Source: Eledone cirrhosa (Eukaryota). Taken from it: a stretch of DNA of 64,000 nucleotides. Of the stretch, positions 52,913 through 64,000 are shown one piece after another (the first letter of the stretch is position 1; each line of letters starts with the position of its first letter). The notes beneath the pieces were generated by a model. The model did not search any database. It had not been told where the DNA came from and saw only the letters and a list, made by a program, of their open reading frames with translations. A program made the translations under genes and the position numbers. The stretch spans positions 164,052,001 through 164,116,000 of the forward strand of contig OZ024740.1 of assembly GCA_964016885.1 (NCBI GenBank), written 5' to 3'.

Positions 52913-53195
52913 GATTTGCCAAAATGTTGGGGTTTTTATCCGTCGTAAATATTCATCCCTATTTCGTGAATAACACGTAATATTTTATTTTTTTATTTTT
53001 TTTATTAAACATTGTCGTTTTAATACGTTCAGCAAGAGGGATATTTATACATGAATTAATTTCTCTCTGGAAGATTTCGTTCAGGGAAATTTTCAATTGT
53101 TTATAATTTTGATTATTATCATTATCGATAGTATTTTCCACAACAGTCGAGGTAGACTCGGATGGTACACGTGGTGTCAAATTTCTTCGATTATT

Positions 53196-53385
53196 GGATT
53201 GGCAGTATCGGTAGAGGGTCGGACGCCATTCTTTGACGCATAGAGTTACGGCCCTTGCCATTCTGAGTTCAAATCCAGCCGAGGTTAACTTTGCTTTTCA
53301 TCCTTACGGGGTCGATAAAATAAAGTACCAGTAATGCACTGGGTAATTGCTGGCCTTGTGCCCAAAAGTAGAAACAATTATTATT
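53196..53385 (+). mobile_element. tRNA-derived SINE (Meta-domain-like), full length
   Basis: A box tggcagtatcggtag; B box gagttcaaatc; 15-bp TSD atttcttcgattatt. Confidence 0.88.
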
Positions 53386-54081
53386 ATTTCTTCGATTATT
53401 ATTATTATCGATAGTGTTTTCCCCAGCATTCGAGGTAGACTTAGATGGTACAGGTGGTGTCAAGTTTCTTGCAGGCATAGTTGTTTCAAGGCGCTGTTCG
53501 ACCTGGCTGCTAGGAAGTCTAGTAGCATGGCACGTGTTGTTGATAACATGTTTGTTGTGGGGGACTTACAATTAATACTATTTATCTTATTTTTACGTTC
53601 AACAAACGTCGCTTGTTGGCGTAATTGTTTCGCTGTGAAATAATTTAGCTCTGGGTGCATTTCGTCCCAGTGTAGCTTTATTCTGTTTATATAGCCAATG
53701 GAGGGATTGTCTTTTTGCCATTTTATAACAATTAAATAAATCATTATTAAGTTCGCAACTCCAAGAGAAATGCGATTTATAATTTCAGTTTCTTCTGTAG
53801 CTACAACTGAATAAAGTTTGTTTACCTTTCTTGTTGTTTGTCTACTTCCTTAATTTTGTTGTTGATGTTGTGTTCAGCCATGCTGTTTGTAGCAAATCCT
53901 TGTAAAAGGGATTATGTATTTAGTCGGATTCTACGAATTCGAATAAAAGGTGTCTTCAGAAGATATAGTTAGAAGAATAACCAGTTATTCAACATGACTG
54001 TAGTTGTGGCAGAGATAGTATTCATCTTAAATTTAATAAATAGTCTCCCTCGCCAAAATATGCGACTGATCGCTTTGACTG

Positions 54082-54113
<32 letters not shown>

Positions 54114-54196
54114 TGTATGTATGTATGTATGTATGTATGTATGTATGTATGTATGTATGTATGTATGTATGTATGTATGTATGTATGTATGTATGT

Positions 54197-54440
54197 ACGG
54201 CTGTCTAAATCTTCCGATACTTTTGGTAAGCGGGACAACGCCTGTGTGTAACAGTCAGATATCAGTGTATCCACAAAAGTTGTAGTGTACTAAGTATGTG
54301 CGTTTACAATCTTGCTGCATGGATGTGAGACATGGAAAACACAATGAGGGCATATCTTGTGCATCGAACGTTTCCAACAATAATACTTATACACTGTCCT
54401 CAAGATATTGTGGAGGTCTTACACCCGATACTGATGTACT
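54197..54440 (+). pseudogene. Degraded RTE-BovB fragment
   Basis: [18 protein letters not shown] and ERFQQ match the post-RT region of the RTE at 24740-24930. Confidence 0.55.
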
Positions 54441-54566
54441 GCATCTGTATGTCTGTCTGCCTGTTTGTCTGTCTTTTAATGTGTTTATTTACGGATCTGT
54501 TTGTTTGTTCAACCGCCTCTCCGTCCGTCCATACATCCATCCATCCATCTATCTATCTATCTATCT

Positions 54567-57500
54567 CCGGATGGTATAGACGTTCTTCACATCGGCTCTT
54601 CGAGTGTTGGAGATATTACGTGTTAACAGTAAGTGTTTGTTTGTATTCTTGTGTTATTGTGTTAATTAACCCCATTGCCTGGGTCTTCGGACATTAGGGT
54701 TAATTTATTTCACCCCTTTTGGGGTGAAATTTTTCATCCTAAAAATCTTGTAATGGAAGCCATTACCACAGGTAACGATGACACGCCCACCAAACAAACT
54801 GAAGGAGAGCGGGTAGCGGAGGCAACAAGCCTCCCTACTGAAAGAATAATGATTATTAGAAACATTGAAAAAATGGAGCCTAACCCTAATGAAAAAAATG
54901 TGAAAAAAATTGACTCGGAGAAATTGCCAACATTAATAGATGCCGTTTCGACTTTTCACGGTGCCACGCCCACCAGCAAAGGTGAAAGAGAAGTAGTAGC
55001 TGTGACTAGAAGTCTCACAGATACTGAAAATATAAGTGAACATATTGAAAAAATGGAGTTTAACCCCAACGGGGAAAAAATGTGAACGCATACACCAACA
55101 TAAATAACATAAACACAACAAAAAATGAAAATTGTAACAACAAAAAACAAGAAAACCACATTTCGACAAATGTAAACAGAGAGGGGCGAACAAAATGACG
55201 TTCGCTCAAACCATAAAAAAACCCCATTGTGTATGAACCTATTGACATTTCGAACATGGCCCAGCAAATGGAAAATGCACGGAAGTATATCACTTTGGAG
55301 AAGAATGGTCTATTTTCTTTAAATTCTCCCCCAGAGCTAAAAAAGGAAAATAGCTTAAAAACTATTATTTATAGGACAATATCAAACAAAACCTGTAAGC
55401 CAGAGATTGAACTGGCTTTAAAAGATCATCTGAAAAAACATTGTATACATTCGGAAAGATAGACTCTACGGTAGTCTATCCATCCGAATGAAAGATAAAT
55501 TGACGGCCGAAAAACATTCCCTGGCCCCAATTGTGTTCCCCTTATTTACCTTCTTCCCCATTTATTTGGGAAGAAAAACACAAAGATTGACCATACACAG
55601 TATCGATCCAGATATTGATATTTGGGCGGTACTGTGTGGCCTCCTCGATTTGAAAGAGGATGCAGTAATTTCGGTAGGTAAGTCTTCCAGCAACGTGTTC
55701 GGTGGAACTAGCCTGCAAGTTCTGGTGCAAATGCAGCCAGAACGAATTGCTAGGATCCCCGACCGCATATTGCTGGATAGGCTTGCCTACTTACCCATCA
55801 CAGTGGAGGGTAGACGACTCGCTTGTTACCTCTGTGGTGGCAGAGGTCACCTGAGGGCTGCCTGTTCCCAAGCAAACAAAAAAACACCGATTTTGCCCAC
55901 ACCAACAACTACAACACTACCAACACAACCTCCACCACCACCACAAAAACAACTAACACAAGTTAAAACACAACTGAAAACAAGCCCCCCCCCCAGAAAA
56001 CAAATACAATAACACCCACACCACAAACAGGAGCCGAAAATGAACCCCCTCTCTTCGAATACGGAAGACGACCCCCTTTCGTCATCAGACGAGGGGGGAG
56101 GGGGGGGGGGGCACTTTCATAAAGTTAAAAGAAAAAAAAGAAAACGCACCACAGGAACACAAATACAAACAACCCCGCCCCAAGACATAACACAGACATC
56201 AACACAAAAAACACACAGCAGCAAACAAAAAACATCACAAAAAAAGAAAAATATGCATATACTTACATAAATACAATAAACAAAAAACTGTTAAACGTTA
56301 TTTATAATAACAACTTAATAAAAACCGAAGGTTCGAATTTCGCACAAGCAACGGGGTTTCCCCATCTAACAATGATAAACGCCCCAATGGACATTTACAA
56401 AACGTTAAAAGACACTTTTAAAGAGGACGTGGGGCCCCCCTTGCGTCAGACCCATTAACCGTGTCCTCCTAAAAAATCCCCCCTCAGACACCCACACAAC
56501 TCCAAACACCCCAACCCCCTCCACACACTGATGCCCCTACACTTCCACAAACCACCACCCCACCCAACAACCTATCCCCCACCCCCATGGAAATTGTGCG
56601 GCCCGCTCCCCGGGACGCAGAGAGGTAAGTGCCTTTTCTCTTTACCACCAACATGGCTGTGTTGAGAATAGGTTGTCTAAATGCGTGTGGCCTGGGCTCA
56701 CCTTGGAAGCAACCAATGCTTCTAAATGACCTCAGGTCACGATGTATAAATATGATGGTTATTTGCGAGGCCCGGATCAGCAGCGTGCGACAGCTGGACC
56801 CCACCTTTGATGACTTTGAGATGCACGCATCTCTCTGTCAGCCAGGAGGTGGGGTGGGGTTGTCGTTCTGCTGCAAAAACATCTGGGTCTCGCTACACAG
56901 ACGGTACACTTGGACCCGGAGGGTCGACTAGTGGTTCTGGACCTTGGCAGTGGTGAAGGCGGAGCTTTTAGGATGGTCGCCGTCTACGGCCCCTTTGGGT
57001 CAACGCGGCCGGACTTCTTCCAGCGTCTGGAGACTTTTCTAGGGACGTCCCGCTCCTTGCATTTAGTGGGGGACTGGAATGGTATCCTAGATGCACGTTG
57101 GGACTATGTAGGGGCATGTCCTGATAGAGAGGGTTGTAACAGCCTCAAGGGGTTAATCGGCCGATTCGACCTGGCCGATAGATATCGACTAGATTTTCCG
57201 ACTGTACCAACCTGGACTTGGAGAAAACACAGCGGTCAATCTAGATCGTACCTAGATAGGTTCTTAGTTAGAAATAAGGATAGGGACTTGGCTATTCAGA
57301 CCACAAGTTAGTGACCTCAATGGTCAACCTTGATAGAACGCATAGACAGGGACCCGGTTACTGGAAGCTCAACTTGTCCTTACCGGCAAGTAAAGCTTCC
57401 AGGAACCGGATTAGTACATTAGTTAAGGAGCGGTTGACGGGCGCCATCGTCAACAGCAGGTGGTGGGGCTCTCTTAAAAGAGAGATTAGAGTAGCTTCAA

Positions 57501-60279
57501 TAGGAGTTAGTAAGGAGTTAGCCTCAGATAGAAATAGGAAGGAAAGGGTGTTGGTAGATAGTGTAGAAGAGGCAATTAGAAGCGGCGACGTAGCCAGAGT
57601 GCTAGCGTCAAGAACGGCCTTGGGCCAGTTCTTCGACGCGAAACACGAAGGCTACGTTGTCCGAAGCAAAATACGTGCTCTGGGAAACGAGGAGACCAAA
57701 GCTGTTAGCTGGGCCCGCGTGACAGAAGCCAAAAGTGGGACTAGATCCAATATCCGGTCTTTGCAAGACCAGGATGGACGGGTGATCCTTGAACCTAAGC
57801 AGATGTGCGAGGCCTTTCAAAGGCACTTTGCCCGAGTGTTCGGAAGGGACGAGGGGCCGGATGGGGATGTGGACCTCGGTCCATACCTCGATGGCCTGCC
57901 GCGTCTTTCGGACGAGGAGGCGAAGTCCTGCGAGAGGCCGATCTCAGCCACTGAAATAGGAGACGTGCTGAGCCAATGCGGCAAACGCAAATCTCCGGGC
58001 CTCGATGGTCTTCCATACGAACTGTATTTAAGTATGCCGGACTTGTTCTTTGATCTCCTCGAAGTGGTCTACTGCAACTGGCAACAGAACGGGAAAATTC
58101 CCAGTTCTGTGACTAAGGGCGTAGTCTCGTTAGTGAAGAAGGACCTGAACAAGGGGAATGAAATAAGTAATTTTAGGCCCATAACACTGCTAAATGCAGA
58201 GTTAAAGATTTTGGCCAAGGTGTTAGCAAAGAGGTTGGCGCTTGTCGTGGGCAACCTGGTGGGAGATGCGCAGACATGCGCAATCCCGTCCAGGTCCATT
58301 CACGACAACCTCCATCTCATGCGATACATCATAGAGAGGGTTGGGAACGAAACCGACTTTGGTGGGGCCCTGATCAACTTGGATCAATCTAAGGCGTTCG
58401 ATAGGGTCGACCATCGTCACCTGGATGCGATGATAGTGGCGGCAGGTTTCGGACCCGTTTTCAGGGGCTGGATCACTGCCATGCACAGCAGCCGCATCTG
58501 CTCTAGGGTCAAGGTGAACGGCTACCTCTCGGAGCCGTTCGAAATCACGCGATCCATCCGACAGGGATGCCCTCTCTCCACCCTTCTGTATGTATTGGCC
58601 CTAGAACCACTGCTGCGGAAGTTGGAGTTGTTGCAGGGCATCCCTTTGGAACCGAGATTGCGGAAAGCGGTGTCGGCCTACGCCGATGACGTGACAGTAA
58701 TGGTGTCAACCCCCTCGGAAATCGGGGTGATCGGCACCTTACTGGAGGAATACGAAAAGTTTACAGGGGCTAAGCTGAACCGGGACAAGTCAGTCGGTTT
58801 GCAACTCGGCGAGTGGAGGGGAAAACCGATGGCCTCCAACGGCGTCGTCGGACGTTGGACGGAGGGCCCGGTGAAGTTGCTCGGGGTCTGGTTCGGACAA
58901 GACCTCCAGGTGGAGAAGAACTGGGGTGAGGTATCGAACAGGGTGTTTGCGCTGACGCGGAAGTGGGCTGAGTTCAAACTATCCCTGAAAGGTCGGGCGG
59001 AGTTGGGGAACGCTTATATAGCGTCCGTCATCTATTACCGCCTGACCGTCGTGCCTCGCCCAAGGGAAACGCTCACCAAAATGGAGCGCGCACTCTTCTA
59101 ATTCCTTGGGAAGAAGCGGGCTCCTTTGGTGAGGAGATCCATCTGCTGTCAACACCCTTCTAAAGGAGGGCTGGGGATGCCGTGGCTGCTGATGCGTAAA
59201 CACGCATTAAGGCTACGGCACCTCCAGGTATTCCTCACCGGTCAACCGGTGTGGGCCCCGTTTGTGAGGAGAGCCTTTCCGAGACTCGTCTCGTACACCG
59301 AACTGCAGTCCTGGGTCAAGCAAAGACCGAGAAAACTGGTCGCCTGGCACACTGAATGTGCCCAGGCGCTCACGGCTCTCTGGCAGGCGGACCCGGCTAT
59401 CGGTGGAGACTCCACCTCGTCATTCTATAGAGGGCTGGTGGTTAGTAGGTGCGACGACGCCCTCGAACAAGCCCGGAGGAAGACGAATTGGCCAGCCTAT
59501 TCGGGAGGACATTTGGCCCGGGACCTATGGACAACCTCCAGAGGTCCCTAGCCTGGCAGTAGTGCTACCGAGGGGCGCTGCCCGTTCGAGAAAAGCTCTA
59601 CAGACACGGGCGCCCGGGTAGGGACTCCTCGAAAAAAATCTGTCCCAGATGCATGCGCGACGAGGAAACCTTTGCGCACGCATTGGTACACTGCTCGGGC
59701 GTTGCCGATCTGTGGGGCTATGTCGAACGACTGCTGTCACGAGTGGGACCAATCCGGTTGACCACTGCGTCCATTATAACGATCAAGCCACCTCCCCTCT
59801 TCAAAAATGAAGGAGAGGCGGTCTTCCTCTGTGTAATAGCCATGGTGAAAGAGGTGGTATGGTGGACACGTTTGAAAGGGCTGAGGTCGGACACCTTTCT
59901 CTCCGGCCAACAACTGGTCCTTTTCTTTAAATACCATTTTAAGAGAAGGATCAGAATGGAGAGAGAGGTGATCTACCCCAGCAAGTTTTATGTATGGTGG
60001 GTGAAAGTAGCGAGAATGGCCCGTGCGAATGGGCCTTATCTCTTTATCAGCCTGTAGGTGAAAAGGTGGAAGTTCAAAAGAGCACCCCCTCTCTGAGCTC
60101 CTAAAGAAAAGGTTGCACACTTTTTCAGGGCTGTGTGTAACCCCTAAAACGCCTCTTCCCTATTGAGGACTGTATCGTTAATTTTATATTTGTTATTTGC
60201 TTTTTACTCGTTCCTTTATGTAACCCCCCCCTTGTGTTTGTCCCCTTCTTTTGTGCCCTCGTGGCAAATAAATAGAAAC

Positions 60280-60280
<1 letters not shown>
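54567..60280 (+). mobile_element. Tx1 copy 4, apparently full length (5' UTR, ORF1 54753-56628, ORF2 56653-60057), frameshifted
   Basis: Starts right after (TATC)n at 54547-54566; CYLCGGRGHLRAAC knuckle; APE and RT; ends aataaatagaaact then (TATC)n. Confidence 0.92.
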
Positions 60281-60358
<78 letters not shown>

Positions 60359-60368
60359 GTTATCTATC

Positions 60369-62405
60369 CTTAGTTAAGAAGAGCCAGCTGACGGGGCCCA
60401 TCGTCAACAACAAGGGGTGGAGTTCTCTCAAGAGAGCAATTAGAGTAGAATCGATAGTATTTAGCAAGGTAGTAGCTTTAGAAAAGAACAAAGCTGAAAA
60501 GGAACTGGTAGCTAAAGTAGAAGAGGCACTTAGGAATGGCAATACAGCTGACGGGCTAGCGGCGAGAACGGCACTAGACCAGTTCTTCAACGTGAAACAC
60601 GAAGGTTGTATTGTCAGAAGTAGAACACGTGCTCTAAGAAACGAGGTCAAAGCTGTTAGCTGGGCCCGAGGGGCAGAGGCGAAAAGTGGCGACAAATCTA
60701 CAATTCGGTCTTTGCAAGACAAAGATGGACGCATTCTACTTGAATCCAAGCAGATGTGCACGGCCTTCCAGCAGCAGTTTACATAACTGTTCGGGCAAAA
60801 TGCTACGTCGAGTGAGGTGATGGACTACCGCGACTCTCGAGCATGGATGCATAAAGCTGCGAAAGACCGATTACAGCGGGCGAAAAAAAGATGCCATAGG
60901 CTGCTGTGGGAAACGCAAATCCCCGGGTTTAGATGGTCTACCCTATGAGTTTTACATAGGCAAGCCGGACTTGTTCTCAGGTCTACTGCAACTGGAAGCA
61001 GAACGGGAGAATTCCCAGTTCAGTAGTAACGCTGATCAGGAAAGATGAGAACAAAGAAGGTGAGATAAAAAATTTCAGGCCCATAACTCTGCTCAACATA
61101 GAGTTAAAGGTTTTGGCCAAGGTGTTAGCAACGAGGCTGTAGCTTGTCAAGAACCTGGTAGGGGAAGCGCAAACGTGTGCAATCCCGACCAGGTCCATAC
61201 ATGACAACCTCCACCTCATGTGATACATCATAGAGAGGGTAGGTTGTAAACCTGGCTTCGGTGGGGCTCTGATCAATTTAGATCGGTCTAAGGCATTTGA
61301 TAGGGTCAACCATCAATATTTGAAAGCGGCTCTCAAGGCGGTCGGTTTAATCGGCACGTTACTGGTTTGGTCCAGATCTCCAGGTAGACAAGAACTGGAA
61401 CGCGGTCACGGCGAAGGTGTTTGCACTCACTCAGAAGTGGGCTGAGTGCAAACTCTTCTTGAAAGGTCGAGCGGTGGTGGCGAACACTTACATAGCGTCC
61501 GTCATCTACTACTGCTTGACAGTCGTGCCTTGTCCCCGCGAACACCTCATCAAAATGGAACGTCTACTCTTCAAGTTCCTCTGGAAGAAACAGGCTTCAT
61601 TGGTGAGGAGATCCATCTGCTGCCAACACCCTTCTAACGGAGGGCTGGGCATGCCGTGGCTGATGACACGCTGAGGCTACGCCATCTCCAGGTATTCCTG
61701 ACCAGCGAACCGGTGTGGGTGTCGTTTCTGAGATGAGCTCTTCCACAACTCGTCTCGCTAACAGATCTGCAGTCCTGGGTCAAGCGTAGACCGAAAATGG
61801 GCGCCTGGCACCTAGAGTGCCTTCAGGCGCTCACAACTCTCTACCAAGTGGAAACGGCAATCAGCGGAGACTCCACTTCGACATTCTATAGGGGATTAGT
61901 GTAGGATAAGTGCGACGACGTTCTCGGGGAAAGTCTAGGCATCGTGGAAGACGAACTGACCAGTCTGTTCAGGAGGAGTTTCCGTCCAGGGCCTATGGAT
62001 AACTTCTAGAGATCTCTGGCCTGGCAGTGCTACCGAGGAGCTCTACCAGTTCGAGATAAAATCTACAGACATGGACGCCCTGGCAGAGATCCTGCCAAAA
62101 GAATCTATCCAAGATGCGAGCAGGACATTGAAACCGTCCTGCACGATCAGTGCCCAGGGGTGTCCGACCTGTGGAATTATGTCGAACAGCTACTGTCACG
62201 TGTTGGACGCATCCAGTTGTCAGCCGAGTCCATCGTGAATATCACGCCGCCGCCTTCATTTAAGAATGAAGGAGAGGCGGTTTTCCTCTGTCCGCTGGCT
62301 ATGGCGAAAGAGGTAATATGGTGGACGAGATTAAAAGGACTGAGGGCAAACACCTTTCTCTCCGGGCAACAACTCATCCCCTTTTTTAAGTATCACTTCA
62401 GAAGA
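60369..62405 (+). mobile_element. Tx1 copy 5 (5'-truncated, multiple deletions)
   Basis: Begins directly after (TATC)n at 60281-60368; ORF2 homology. Confidence 0.88.
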
Positions 62406-62465
62406 CCATTTTGTAGATTGATTTCCCCGTCTGAATTGTCAGCGAGTGGGTCATCGCATTTTTGC

Positions 62466-64000
62466 GACCATCAATACTTGGAAGTGGTTCTCAAGGCGGC
62501 CTGCTTCGGTCCCGTCTTCAGAGGCTGTATCACAGCCATGCATACCAACATCTGCTCGACAGTGAAGGTGAACGGCTACCTATCGGAGCCGTTCCGAATC
62601 ATGCGTTCCACCCGACAGGGATGCCCTCTCTCCTCCATTCTTACGTGTTGACTCTAGAGCCACTACTGCGGAAGTTGGAGCTTTTGCAGGGATCCCTTTG
62701 GAACCGGGACTGCGAAAAGTGGCGTCGGCTTATGCCGACGACATGACAGTAATAGTGTAGAAAACCTCGGAAATCGGGGCGAACGGCAACTTACTTAAGG
62801 AACACGAAAAGCTTACAGGAGCAAAACTCAACCCGGACAAGTCTGTCGGTTTGCAACTCGGGACGAGGAGAGGCAAACTGATGCCGTCCAACAGTGTCGT
62901 CGGACGCTGTACGGAAGGACCGGCGAAATTGTTCGGGGTCTGGTTTGGTCCGGACCTCCAGGTGGAGAAAAAACTGGAACGAAGTCACGGCCAAGGTATT
63001 TGTGCACCCCAGAAGTGGGCAGAGTGCAAACTATCCTTGAAAGGTCGAGCGGAGGTGGCGAACACTTTCATAGCGTCCGTCATCTACTACCGCTTGACAG
63101 TCGTGCCTTGTCCCCGTGAATACCTCACCAAAATGTAACGCATACGCTTCCAATTTCTTTGGAAGAAGCAGGATCCACTGGTGAGGAGATCCGTCTGCTG
63201 CCAGCACCCTTCCAATGGAGGCTGGGAATGCCGTGGCTGATGATGCGCAAATACGCTCTGAGGCTACGGCATCTGCAGGTATTCCTCACCAATCAACCGG
63301 TGTGAGACAAGCCTTTCCGCAACTTATCTCGCTGACGGAGCTGCAGTCCTGGGACAAGCAGAGACCGAAGAAAATGGGCGCCTGTCATAATGAATGCGCT
63401 CAGGCGCTCACAGTCCTCTGTCAAGCGGGCACAGCAATCAGTGGAGACTCCACTTCGTCATTCTATGGTCCCTGGCCTGGCAGTGCTACCGAGGAGCTCT
63501 ACCAGCACGCGATAACATCTACAGGCACGGACGCCCCGGCAGGTATCCTTCAAAGTGGACGTGTCCAAGATGCGAGCGTAACCGACCTGTGGAACTACGC
63601 AGAACAACTGCTGTCGCGTGTGGGACAAATCCAGTTGACTGCCGAGTCCATATTAATGATCAAACCGTCACTTTCATTTAAAAACGAAGGAGAGGCGGTT
63701 TTCGTCTGTATGGTGGTTATGGTGAAGAGGTTATATGGTGGACAAGATTGAGAAGACTGAGGACTGATGCCTTTCTCTCCGGACAACACCTCATTCCCTT
63801 CTTTAGATACCACTTTAGAAGGAGAATCAGAGTGGAGCGAGCGGTACTGCGCCCCAGTAAATTTACTGAAAGATGGATGAATGTGGCGAGAAAGGCCCGA
63901 GTGATTGGGCCTTCTTTGCATATAAATATGTAGGTTGAAGAATAGAGCGAAAAGGAGAAAGGAGCATTTGCACAACATTCTCCTGTAGTTGAGGGTTCTT
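62466..64000 (+). mobile_element. Tx1 copy 6 (RT to 3' UTR, runs off window)
   Basis: DHQYLE, RQGCPLS, AYADD; C-terminus stop at 63933. Confidence 0.88.

Larger units (their letters stand above)
49225..54082 (-). mobile_element. R4-clade RLE element C, probably near full length, decayed, with (TATG)n on both sides
   Basis: YRPVAC, WLDYKKAFDSVPH, GIFQGDSL, FVDDLKLY, GGRG, CRLC...HVISSC, RHD, RLE motifs. Confidence 0.9.

Noticed and set aside
53925-53965. Minus-strand CTGAAGA...GAAT near the 5' end of R4 element C
   Set aside because: Core reads GAAU and stem II does not pair

Overview
This is a repeat-saturated eukaryotic window; the SINE and microsatellite content suggests a cephalopod or other mollusc (inference). 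I cannot support any intact host gene. Nearly all long ORFs belong to decayed retroelements. There are six Tx1-clade LINE segments, four of which start directly after (TATC)n. There are two Dong/R4-clade RLE elements in (TAA)n and a third R4-type family in (CATA)n. Also present are one RTE-BovB LINE with three C-terminal C2H2 fingers, a family of RTE-derived non-autonomous elements with (GTAT)n tails, two Penelope-like elements (PLEs), tRNA-derived SINEs, a hAT-like element, a solo LTR and a Helentron-like element. The most notable signals are: (1) each retroelement lineage occupies its own microsatellite, including an apparent (GATA/TATC)n-specific Tx1 family and a (CATA)n-specific R4 family that sits in the tails of RTE-derived elements; (2) at least eight minimal type I hammerhead ribozyme motifs, five with intact cores, lie beside (TA)n tracts, PLE termini and fold-back hairpins; (3) the Tx1 ORF1 stop codon overlaps a perfect splice donor in all three copies that include the junction. 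All alignments and folds were done by eye.
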